Shown here piece after piece: positions 1 to 12,001 of a DNA stretch of 64,000 bases (its first letter is position 1; each line of letters starts with the position of its first letter). The notes beneath the pieces are model-generated. The model was given only the letters and a program-made list of their open reading frames with translations. It was not told the DNA's origin and did no database searches. The DNA is taken from assembly GCF_000181795.1 (NCBI RefSeq), contig NW_003526943.1, forward strand, positions 7,461,566 to 7,525,565, in the 5' to 3' direction. Position numbers and translations under genes: made by a program. This DNA comes from Trichinella spiralis (Eukaryota).

Positions 1-453
1 AAAAAGCACACAAAGATTCTTACTTTTTCTTCGTAATTTTTTGTATTTTTTTTGCTGAATATTTTTTCTTTACCTCTTGGATATTTTGTAATTTTTTTCT
101 CACGATCATATAAACAAATAAGCATTACATGCAATATGGGAACATGGCTATTTTTCTGTTTCTTTTGGTGAATTTTAATTTTCAAGTTAATTTTTTTTCT
201 GGAAAATAATTATAATTAAAATATAACAAATAAGAATATCGTATATTTTTTATTTAACATGGTAAAGCAAAGAATTTTTTCTCGTTTGATTGAAAAGTTG
301 TGTCGTGACAACAGAAACAGAAGCTAGCAAAAAGTAGTCGTGGTGTATTGGGTATGTAGTACTGATCGAATAGCGGATGTTGTTGTTGTTGTTGTTTGTT
401 GTCAGCAGCAGGAGCAACTGCAACAACAGCAGAAGCAGGAGGAGGATATAAAT

Positions 454-1212
454 ATGAGCTTGTTGGTAGAGCTGAAAAGTACAGTTATTGAAAATAAAAT
501 TGACGGGAAACCTTTTTTAATATTAAATATAATACAGAAATGAGTAGTTTTGTACTGAATTATTGTTTATTTATTTATTATTTTTTATACAATAAATATT
601 TTTTGATTTAGCCTGCTATTTTAGTGCAGTTTTTATTGTCGAAAAAATATGAACGAAATAAGGTCAAAAATAAACAGAGTTGAATTGTATATATTTACAT
701 GAAATGGTTGCGTAAACTGGACAATTAGGCAGTAAAAACCACTTTTATGCTTACCTTTTAAATAATATTTACAAATTAATTAATTCATTTTTTCAGATAA
801 ATATATCAGTTCTTTTGTTTGTTTCATCAGTGGAAGAAGTGTCTTAAAATAAGTGCACTTCTGTCATGCACTTCAGACTGACCATATTTAACCGAAATAG
901 GATTTAAATATTTTTTTGAACACAAAAAATAATTATTATTATAGCATTTTAAAATATGACCAACTTTTTTTCAGCCTCTCGTATAATTTTGCTCATTTCA
1001 TAGCATTTGATATTTGATATTTTTTGACAAGCGTTAAAAAGCAAGGAAATTTTGATACCAGTTTTTTCTTTCCTAGCGACAAGCGGTTTCGCGTTCACTG
1101 CGTTTGCAAGCTGCTTGGTGATGATTTTTGTTTGATTTTTTTAAAATTATTGTTTGTTTGAACATCAAGCGCTTTCTCTTCCTTTATCATTCTACAAAAT
1201 ATTGGAGAAATG

Positions 1213-1244
<32 letters not shown>

Positions 1245-4200
1245 TACCCATCTGACCAGAGCGAAAAACTTTTTTTTCGATTCATATTTCTTTGGCATTT
1301 ATTTCAGTTGTCTTGTGTCAACTGATCTTCAGGCAACTGTATCTTGCTTTTGGAACAAATGTGAACGCCTAAAAATCAGCTTACAACAAAATTAGCTTAC
1401 TGTTATTTATTTCTCTTTGCTTTTTCTTTTTCCAAAAATCCCAAAGTATGACTTGACGTTGTTTCGGACAGTCATCAGTCGATATATACATATATATATA
1501 TTTGGCTGTTGGTTTGTTGTTAATTTTCTTCTTTTATTTAACATGAAATTTAATCATTTTAAATGAAACAGCCAAGATAGTTTAATAGTTTATAATAAAC
1601 GCCATTTTAGGTATTTTGATAGCAGTTTACTTTTTTATTGTTGAATAAATACAACTATTTCGATGTAATAATAATGGTTATAAACTATTATGCCTTGAAG
1701 CTTTATTTTGCAATTTTCAGTAATAGAATAAAAATGTAATCTATTTTTTATTTGAAGAACTCAACTTCTGCATTTGTATTACGAAAAATTTACATAAATA
1801 TTATGAAGAATAGCACGCATATGAGATGAGATAAGATGCGATAAAGTATAATTGTATTGTAAGGCAAAAAAACTGTTGTAAACAGTTAAGTTTTTTAGCT
1901 GCTTCTGCTGCTTAATCTAGAAGTTATAACATCATGTTTTTGTAGAGAATTGCAGAATAGATTGGCTTTTCTCCTTCTTCATCGTCGCTTGTTTTCAGTT
2001 TTAATTATATTTTCTAGGATTAATTTCAATTTCATTTCATCAAATTAAATTCTGAGCATCTATTTATAGAAAATAACTCATTATGAATGAAAAATTGAAA
2101 CTGGTAATTTTTTTTAATGAATGATACATATGATGAATGACAGTATAAGTAGATTGATTAAATTTTATTTTTTTTTGTTGACTCAGCACGCTTACACGCA
2201 TGTACGGATACTGAAATCACTCATTCATTTATATAAATATATTTAAATTGTATTCGATTTTAATATTTACTGAAATTCATTTAACGTAGTTATGCAGAAA
2301 AATATTTGGCTGGAAAAATATGCATTTTTGCTTTCTCATGCAAAGACTTTTATGAAATATTAAAAATTTGTTTTTATTTATTCATCTGCTTTTTACGTGA
2401 AAGTGCTATTGATTTATAGCAGTTAATTGCAATTTCAGATGGCCTCTTCTTTTTCTGCATAATACACAGCATTGCTTAGATTCATTTATTTATTCATTCA
2501 TTTCGTTTCAGTTGATTTTTCTGAAAATTTTCACATTCGGAATGTGGATTTTTTAAATAATAATTTATTGGATATTGGAATTTCATTTATTAACATTTGC
2601 ATTTGATGGAGGTACATTCGCGCACACCTGCCTCTACCTATATAAATAAATAAATGAATAAATGTATAATTGTATATATGTATGTATGTATGTATGTATG
2701 TACATGTTATTGTTGTTGTTCAGGTCTCAGTAAAGTTGAAGAAATAGGGAAGATTGAAGAAAATAAAAAATTTCAAAGCGGAAAAATGCAAAGCAAATCA
2801 GAACGCGGGTTTTTGAGTACGGCTGTGGCAAATTGCGACACTGTTGACGAGGTGAAGAAGCATAGAAAGAAAATCAGCAAGGAGTTGGAGAATGAGCTGC
2901 AGCATGCGGAAGTGGATGCGCAACCTGAGAAAAATCCGGTTGAAAATGAAAAGTTCAGGGAACGATCCCATTCATTGCCGGAACGGACAAAATGTCGTCT
3001 AAGTCCTGAACAATTTTTCAAACAGGGAAGATTATATCATCAGAAAATAGCCGGCATGTTTCGGTCTGAGGGTTCAGCTGCAACCTCGTCATCGGTCGAT
3101 GTGGACGATATAATCGACACGTTGGCCATAAAGTTTGATGATACAGTTCGTTTGACGGTTGGCGATTCTTGTCATTTAAAAGGGAAAAAAATTACTGAAA
3201 ATGGCAAAAACATCGCGCAAATTGGTGATACAGGTGCCGATGGAGACGAGTCGGGTGGATGTGTACTGTTGGCTAGAGGTCCAATTGGAATGCACATGGA
3301 ACGCAATGTGTACACGACGCCATACCCGTATGCGGAACGACGAGTCGCCAGACAGTCGTATTCGCAAGCCTACAATTATCCTTATTCACCGCCGGTCGAT
3401 TACACTCAGGATGCATTCATCCAGGAACCACCTCAGCAGAAGCTAAATGATTTGGTCTACCTCATCAAATCGCCTTGTCCAAGCAACAACAGCAACAACC
3501 TCGTTCCTCAGGTGGACGACAGCGTACGTCATATTGCCCAGTATGAGCAAAGTTGGTTGCCACCTCCAGCTATTGATCAGTACTGTCTGGAACCGACGAC
3601 ATTTTTGGCACCTGCCAAGCAGGATTTACTTCCCATTAACATTGGTCAACGGCAGCAGCAGCCACAGCTTGATTACAGTGCGCAAAACTTGGTCAGTTTG
3701 CCGTCTCGGCTGACTCAAATGGACGCTGAATCGCCTTTTTCAGATTACGGCGACAGTCCGTTGCAGTCGACCGGAAGTAGCGGTTGTGGTTCCAATTTAG
3801 ACGGCTACTGTATTGAAGAGACGATCAAACGTACACCGTCGGTCGACGAGGAGAAACAGTTGCCCGAAGGTTTGAGCGATTTTATACTGAAATACTCGAG
3901 ACAGTATCAGAGTCAGAGTCAAAGTCAGCAATCAGGAAACGGTTCGAAGGACTGGCTACCGTCGACCGTCCCCCCGCCCAAATTCACTACCGATTACGAA
4001 CTCTCGCCCGGCACCTCCAACACAGTTGGTCTGAGCAGCTCTCCAGATTCAGTGGACAGCTCAGGGACAGCGATGATTGTCAGGCAAAGACAGCGCAGCG
4101 CCGTGGACGAGCAGCAACCACAGCAGCAGCATCTGCAACAGAATTTACAGCATCGACCAAGTCCAGCTTCGTCTGGAATCGTTGACTGGTGCTCCACTTC

Positions 4201-5587
4201 TCCACCTGAGAGTGCCAGAGATGCTAATTCTGTCGGCGGACCCAGACATCGTCTCCGAGAGCTGATCACTGAAACTGAGCTCGATACAGCTTGGGCCTGG
4301 GCATTGAAATACGAAATGACCTCACCGGGAAAACTTTACCAACGCGATGTTGACGGAGACAGGTACATCTTTTAAAGTTGTCATCTAATTGTACTATTAT
4401 TGTTTTACATAAAAGAAATTTATTTTCCCCCCAACTTAGCTATTTGCACATCGCAGTTTGGAATCAAAACTTGGCTCGAATTTATGCACTGACAGAAGTG
4501 ATGATGAAGACGAAAGATCCAATTTTGCCTGCACCATTTGATCTTCCAAACGCTTCGAACGAAGTTAGTTAGAAGAAGAAAAAATTTGCTTTTGCTTTTC
4601 AAATTATTTATAATGATGATGATGATCTACCTGTAAATTTAGACTCCTCTATACTTGGCCGTACAGAAACAGCTTTCGATGGTTGTTGCATACTTTATCG
4701 ACTGCGGGGCGGATGTGAACGTGGTTGCCAACAACAGCGACGGCGGCACGCCTCTTCATTACGCAGTTGCACATGGCATGTCAGAAATGGTCGAAGTGCT
4801 CGCGTCGTCTGATAAAATTGATCTGAATATCAGAAACAATTCTGGTAAATTTCTATTTTTATACTTGTATATATATATTTTTTTTAATTTTGTAATTTTT
4901 ACAGTATTATGAATATGTAGAGAGAATAATCACATTGTCAAAAGTTCTGTTTTGTTTTTGTTTATCTGTATGTAATTTTTTTATTTTTATTTTTAAGGAT
5001 TGACGCCACTTTTGGTTGCTGTGAAAACAGACGGTTCAATTCTCGACGATAAAAGCCAGATAACAACAGTACAGAATCGTCGTATTATTCGCTTCTTGCT
5101 GCGGCACAATGCAGATCCATTTTGCCAAGTAAAAACAGCGATATTACACTTAGCCCTAGATGGCTGATTTAATAATAATAATAATAATAATAATAGTCAT
5201 TTTTTATTTTGATCATCATCCTATTTTTTCAGGATATGAATGGAAAGACCATAATTCATTATTGTGTTGAGAAGTTGGATGCTGATTTACTTGAGGTGTG
5301 AGGGGTTTTGTTTAGTTTTATTTTATCAATTATATATTATGAATTATATATATTTGTAGTTTTTATGCGAAAATATGAACTCTGAAGTGGTCAGCAAATT
5401 GGTCAATGTGACCCAGTCGGATGGAATGTCACCATTGGAACAGTTGTCATTTGAACCGCTGACTTCACTGGCGCGCTGTGAGAAAAATTGCATTGAACTG
5501 TCCGATCAGATATTGTCGACGTTGATCAAGAATGGTGCTGAAGGCGGCGGTACAACAGTTGCGTTCACTGCTTCTTCTGCGTTGTGA
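454..5587 (+). CDS. IkB/Bcl-3-like ankyrin-repeat protein with a long Q/S/P-rich N-terminal region
   Basis: Exons 454-478 (tentative, phase-1 match), 2724-4362, 4440-4563, 4643-4844, 4998-5128, 5233-5295, 5360-5587, all GT-AG with consistent phases. Spliced C-terminus: DVDGDSYLHIAV, NETPLYLAV...GADVN, GGTPLHYAV, GLTPLLVAV...ADPF, DMNGKTIIHY, DGMSPLE. The first repeat matches the IkB-type D.DGD(S/T).LH.A motif. Confidence 0.8.
1214..1240. repeat. (TAAA)n microsatellite
   Basis: Direct reading; one of many simple repeats in the window. Confidence 0.8.
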
Positions 5588-6406
5588 GAGAAGCAGTTTT
5601 TTTATCAAGAAAGGCAGTTAAACTTCCTCATCAAAAAATCTTACTCTCTTCACTCATCGCACACGGTTCCTTCAGATCGTGTATCTTTTATTCAGGTTCT
5701 TTTATCCTCTTCCTCTGGTTTGAACCTAGTTTTCTTTATCCACAATAGCCCAAGCCTTGTCACGAGTTTTTTTTCACCTCTCTTTCTGTATACACACACA
5801 CACACACGCCCAGATGTGATGTGTTTATTCCTCCTATGTGGCTACATTTTTTTTCATTTGCACAATTCTGTCAAAAAGGCAGTTAGTAGTACAATACATG
5901 CATACATACATACATATACATTCATTCAAATACCTATTGCATATTACATACTCTGATAAGTACCTATTGTTTATTTATTTATTTATTTATTCATTTATAA
6001 TATGTTTATTTATTTATTTGCCTATTATCTTCTTATTTTTGCTTTTGAACTGTTTGCTAGTTAGTTTATCGATGCTTAAGTTTTTTTCCTTTTTTTTCAA
6101 TTTGTGCAACAAGTGTGTGCAGAGTTCGAAAACAGGGCCAATAACGAAAATTAAAATGCTTTTTTATACACAAACAGACCATAATGGTGAAGTTATTTAT
6201 TTCTGAAAAATTTAACAAGCAAAAAGAGTATGACAACTTTAAATGAATTAACCGTTTCAAGAGTTTTTTGGTCTTTCCAAGTTCGACAAATAAACTTTCA
6301 CATCTTCTTACTTCCTTCCATGGACGGTAGAGAAGTTTGAACAAACAATACAGACAGATGCCCACGTCGTTTAAATCTTCTTCATTCGAAAAAATACTGC
6401 AATTTT

Positions 6407-7400
6407 TCATTTAATTTTCTAAAAATGCACTTTGTTCAGTGATTTATTTTCTTTAAAAAAACTCTTCTCTTTAAAAAAACCTACCACCGCTTCTGGTTCG
6501 TGCAAAAGAGCATCCAATTCCTCGGTGAGATTTTGAAGCATACTACCAATGTGATCGAGCGATCCACCTGGCCTTGATTAACCAAAAAGAAAAGAAAAGA
6601 AAAATACTCATATTAATTAATCATCACAATGTAGAGTGTCAAATCGATTTGATCAGAATTTTTTCTTTAAAAAATATTCAAAAACAAATAAAAAAAACAA
6701 TTAAACCTACTCATCAGTGTTGACTGTAGTATCAAAGTGACGATGTAAGTCATTTTCAGATTTGTGAAATTGAAATTGACCAACAATAGCTTTTCGGTCC
6801 GCCTGAATTTCATCTTCTGAGCAAATGCTTCTGTCGACTGAACAAAAAAACACATAATTTAAATAATGCCAACTGTGAAACGGTTGTTGTTGTTGGTGGA
6901 GGTGAGCATTTTACCTAGAAACGAACAACTGCCAGAGCTGTTGGTGGTGGAATCCACTGGCGAGGAAAAATAGTCGGAACGAGACAGAATTTCACTACAG
7001 TCGGTCAGAATGTTCGTCTGAGTTGGTGGATTTCGTCGAATGCTGCGCAACTGTTGTATCGACGCCTCGCAACGCAGACTGGGCGGTGTGGGCGGCGGCA
7101 ACAGTTCGTCGACCGGGGCCCCACAGCCGCCGTTCCTTTCGGCAATTTCGTCCAAGTGTGCGCTGAGACGGAACACCGACCTCCTGGCAGCGCCGGTGCG
7201 GGCCGAGGTACCGTGATCCCAGAAACGGGCGCTGGCCTGGAGGAGAGGTGGGGCACGAATCCGAAGCACCGCTGTAATCGCACTTGGCCAACGACAGTTT
7301 GGTCACACTGCCGACGTTGTTGTGAAAGCGGCCACGCCTCATGGCCGGTTCGCTGCGTTTTTTCAAATCCTCCCCCATCCTCGGGAAGACGTAGATCTTG
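6407..7400 (-). CDS. Caskin-like scaffold protein, 3' fragment; upstream frame disrupted, 5' part missing
   Basis: Minus-strand exons ~7270-6915, 6838-~6710, ~6572-6485 and 6418-6407 splice in phase to ...DELLPPPTPP...DRSICSEDEIQ...PGGSLDHIGSMLQNLTEELDALLHEPEAVKIK*. This resembles the conserved Caskin tail (DIGSMFDDLADQLDAML type). Confidence 0.65.
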
Positions 7401-7746
7401 CCAATCGGCTTCGCCCTCTACGATGGCACCGGATGGACAATTGCACGCGCTGTGCCGGTCAAATTATGTTTAGCCGTAGATGGCTTCCACCGTTGTGGCT
7501 TTGCTTTTTGCCCAATTTCTTAAGATTACTAACTTTTTCAGACGTTGTTGCCCACTTACCTATGTATGCGATTGATGAGACAGCACATGAGAATTACCAT
7601 TGCCAATAACCCCGAAGGTAACCACATCAATAACTATATATATATGTGAATGATAGCTTTTCAAGACCAAACTGCCACCAGTACATTGTCATATGTACAA
7701 TCTTATCAGCTGATCACATTCTTGATCCAATTTGTGCAATACAAAA

Positions 7747-7756
7747 NNNNNNNNNN
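7747..7756. other. Assembly gap (10 N)
   Basis: Run of N. Confidence 1.
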
Positions 7757-8017
7757 TGACAAATTGTTCACAGTTGCAGCTTTCAAGCTTAACCAAGGAG
7801 TGGCAAATACTAAATTGTTAGCACCTGATGAATTTCTTGATTTTACTGGGAATGTTCTATTTAAATCTTTCTTATTTGCAATCCAGAAATTTTACTTTAA
7901 TATTTACAAAGTTTCTTTTGTTACAAAACATCCATATATGTATTTTTATATATGCCAAATAGTTTTGTTGTTTGTATGAAAAATCCTGTTTGACGTTCAT
8001 ACATTTCATATAAAATA

Positions 8018-8085
8018 CAGTCGAGCTTGGTTAAGTGCATAAGATTTTGGTCGAAAAAAATTCCCTGTAGTTAATCAAACGGAAT
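8018..8085. mobile_element. Possible solo pogo/Tigger-like terminal sequence
   Basis: TA followed by CAGTCGAGCTTGGTTAAGTGCA resembles Tc1/pogo termini. No matching opposite TIR was found. Confidence 0.25.
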
Positions 8086-8530
8086 CGGCAGGAAGAAATC
8101 GGGTGCAGACCAAATTCCAGCCAAAATTAAGAAATCTAATATGAGTATTGAAATAATGTGAATGAAGCAAATTTAATAAATATAAGTTTTTTGATTTCGA
8201 GTATAATGTCAAGTTTAGTACTTCAATAAATGGCATACTGTAGCAAAAACTTCGAAAATTAGAGCAAGCAGGAGTATATGATTGATGGCAGTGAATTTAA
8301 GTGTGCTTAATAACATATAAGAAATATTTGTAATATGTGTTGCATTATAAGATTTTAAAGTTATTTTTTCTGTTTCATATTCAGGTCATTTGTGTAAATT
8401 GCATGTTAAAAATGTATATATATATATATGTATACAAATAGAAAATTTTTTTAAATTTGAAAGTTGTGAATATTCATTTTGTTAATGATTCGTTTAAATA
8501 TAAAAAACTTAAAAGTATGCAATTTTTTAG

Positions 8531-8893
8531 ATGAGAAGAAATGCGATTGCAAAAAGAATTCTAATTTTTGCAGTATTGCTTTTGATCCATTGTGCATACA
8601 GCGGCTTGTCGCATCGTTCATTTTCAAAAATTGTCAAGTTAGAAATCTTTAAACTTCCACTGGACATTGTGATAGAATGTATGTTTGCACTGTTTGCAGT
8701 AATTGTTTTCTCTGCTTCAGTGGCAGGTGACTTTGTTCCTATACGGGTATACGTACAACTGAATGACAAGCCATTTGAAAGCTTTTTTAATCGTCCTACC
8801 TTTTATTCTTTCAATCATCGCGCCAAAACATTGGCACCATTTTATCCCAGTGTGAAATTGGATCGCGAAATGAAATCTGTGAATGATGATTAA
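8531..8893 (+). CDS. emc-5: ER membrane complex subunit 5 / membrane magnesium transporter 1
   Basis: 120 aa with two hydrophobic segments and the motifs LIHCAYS..HR, LPLDIVIE and FESFFNRPTFYSFNHR. Single coding exon with a TTTTTTAG acceptor immediately before the ATG. Confidence 0.92.
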   Translation: MRRNAIAKRILIFAVLLLIHCAYSGLSHRSFSKIVKLEIFKLPLDIVIECMFALFAVIVFSASVAGDFVPIRVYVQLNDKPFESFFNRPTFYSFNHRAKTLAPFYPSVKLDREMKSVNDD

Positions 8894-10218
8894 GTGTATA
8901 CTGCACTTGTAAATGAATGCTAGTAAAGCGAAGCCAGTCTGAAGCGCGCGTCGAACTTTTTGCTTTGTAGTTATTCAGATTTTTAGTTTATTCATGTTCC
9001 GCTCTGTTCATTTTTAGTTTATTCTGGATTATTGATTGATTCATGTTGTACAATGCTGAATTGTTGTACACGTATATTTTTAATTTGTTCATTCCTTGAC
9101 GAGTAGAAATTATAAAATTAAAAGTTTTTGTGATCATTGCAAGAACTACGATGATTCAAAAAATATTTTTTTTCTGTTCGACAAAGTGAGAAAGTTTTCA
9201 AGCGGTCTTTACCATGCTCTTTTAATTTTAATATCCTATATAATTATTTCGTTTGAATCTCGTTATAAGATATTTGTCGACATTGCTTGACAAGTTTGAA
9301 AACTGCGCAAAAAGCTTTCAACACTGAATGTTTTGTAATGTTCGGTGAGCAGCACTGGCTGTGAATTTTCCGTGATAGTTTCTTTGATTTTACAATAAGA
9401 CAGATGAAAGTATAAAATAAGTCGAAAAAGCGAAATGCGAATACGAATGGGTATGCTGCTCTCCTCTGATTATTTTTGTAACAAAATTTAAATTTAGGTA
9501 AATGTTTTAATATATCACCGAACTACGCGACGATCTGCACATACAAATAAAATCAATAAATTTTGAATAAATATCTTTTTTTCCAAAAATAAAGCTTATT
9601 ACTAAAAAATCAAACAATTAGAATAAAATATTTAAGAAAATCGTAAGAAATTAACTTTTACAGTATAAGTAAATACTGTATTATATATGTAAAATGCAAG
9701 ACACATTATTATTTGTGGTATTTTAAAGGTCGATAATAAGTCAGTGATTAATTAAAAAATTTTTTTGAATTCTTATTCAAAAATATAACTTTTACTTTTA
9801 ATAAATATGCTAAAATATTTAATTTCTGAATGGATAAAAAATGACAAATTAAAAAGTATTCAATACAATTATTAAAATTTTGCATTTATTGAGGTATTAC
9901 TTTATGGAACTACAGTAATTCTATTTTAATTTAATAATTCTATTGAAATTCAATAATTCAAAATTTATGTTTTGAATTTTTTGATAGCGTAAGTAAATGT
10001 AGTAAATATCTATAATTTAAAATGCTATTTAAAAAAATATATACATATGTCCTTAATTTAAAATTATAAAATTTTACTATCAGTAAGTATTTTTCTACAA
10101 AACATCTGTATAAATGATAATAAAGTTGCATTCTCTAGATGTATTGTCATTGCCAGTTCTACCTTACTGTCGGTTGCTCTTATTGTGACTGTTTTCCTGC
10201 AGCGTTTCAAATAGAAAA

Positions 10219-11956
10219 ATGGCTGAAAGGCCTGTTCAGATGTTTCTTAGAATTCTATCATTTTCTGAATCTGAAAAAAATAACATTGAAAGCGAGGTTG
10301 GTTATTTTTAATCTATTTTTCTTTTAAATTATGAAAACTTGGATAAGTTACTTTTGCTGATTTTAACAGTTTTCTGTTGCTTAGAAATTGCATTTTTAGA
10401 TTGTTATATAATTTACTTCTTAAATAGAAGTTCAAAGTAATGCTTTTAATGTCATTGTTCAATTATTATTTTCAAGCTTAACTGCAGGGAGCACTTATAT
10501 GTGTTGGCACGCTAATTTTGTCATAAAAGTTGAATTCACAATATTTATTTATTTTTATGTTGTGTCATATTTAGAAATATTTCACACATGTTAATGAGCA
10601 GAATTTGGTATTCGGTCTTCATTTACCTGGACAGATCACGTATAAATTCAGTCACATTTTTTCTTCTTCATCCAGTCAACAAGAAGTTTTTGAAAGGTCC
10701 ACAAAAAGATTAATAGATGGTTTGTTCAGACGCGTGAATGGATTGCTGTTATCTCACGGCCTTACTGGCAGCGGCAAAATTTTTACTATGCTTGGTATGT
10801 ATGGAAATCCACTTACTTATTTTTGATCAGTTTTGGTGATTTAGTAGCGACTTCGATTACTTTTTGTAGGAACTAAAGATAATCCAGGAATGCTTCCACA
10901 AGCATTGCGGGAGATTTTCATGCGAATTGGTCATTCCAGTATCGAAGAAAATTTTTGCACGCCACAGAGCTATGATAATTTTATTTTGTCAAGTTCAGCA
11001 GAAAAACATAAAATGTTAGCTTTGAAAGCACATTTACTTGAAATATCAGCATCGGAAGTAAGCTAAACTCAGCATTTGTTACTTATGCCTTCTTTGAATT
11101 ATGTTTTAGGTATTGCAAATACCCTCAGCTGAATTCTTTTCTGATAATGAAATGTCAAAAATAAGTGAGTTCTCTGCTAAATTATTTTAATTTTAAACTA
11201 CATTTAGTGTACTTTTTCTCTTAATTGAAATATTTTAAATATTATTTGTTTTGCACATATCTCATGTAAACTTATTATTATTTTTGTATAATAAAAATGT
11301 TATTTTGTTTGGAGATTGTGGAATGCAGATTGCGCTGTAAAATTTATTGTATTGTGAGTTACAGTAATTAATGTTTTGCAAGTACAAATTAATGACAATT
11401 ATGTAGGGAAAAATGTAACTGCAATGATGATTTTGTGTTTTTGGGCGTTGATTTATAAAAAATAGAAAGTGACGTTTGAATTAGTTTCTTTTAAACTATT
11501 TTGATTTTCAGTGCATTTTATTTTTATTCTCCATTGTAGAGTTATTATTTGAAAGAATTTGTATTTTTTTAAACCAAAAGACATGTTATTGCAGACAGAT
11601 TTTAATTTTTATAATTCGTATATTATGCTTTATTTTTTTTCTTTTTTTAATTTTTAGATGGTAGTTGTGATTTTGTGGATTCTGGTGGAACAGAAGCATA
11701 TCAAGTCTACATTTCAATGTTAGAGCATCATCATGATAAATTTTTTGACTTATTTGACATTTCAAATCTTCTTGATCGTTCTGTTTTAAAAACAGTAGAA
11801 GATTCAAGTCAAAATGTGTATATTAAATGTCCGACGATTGTTTCATCAACGCTTAAAATAATTGATATTGATCTACGATATTGTTTATACGTGCTTCAGA
11901 ACTCAAATCACCAACGCAAACGCATGGATGAAATTATTATGCGCCTGGGAGACGTA
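10219..11956 (+). CDS. Divergent kinesin-6 (KIF20/MKLP2/Subito-like) motor domain, 5' part only
   Basis: Exons 10219-10296 (MAERPVQMFLRI), 10575-10794 (YKFSHIF..SSQQEVF..NGLLLSHGLTGSGKIFTMLG), 10870-11057 (TKDNPGMLPQALREIF), 11110-11164, 11658->11830 (YQVYISMLE...FDL...EDSSQNVYIK). The long loop-6 insertion is typical of kinesin-6. The model runs into the N gap. Confidence 0.75.
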
Positions 11957-12001
11957 NNNNNNNNNNNNNNNNNNNNNNNNNNNNNNNNNNNNNNNNNNNN
12001 N
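11957..12001. other. Assembly gap (45 N)
   Basis: Run of N. Confidence 1.

Noticed and set aside
2654..2723. ORF-track N-terminus MNKCIIVYMYVCMYV of the 573-aa ORF
   Set aside because: Intronic (TATG)n sequence upstream of the acceptor at 2723.
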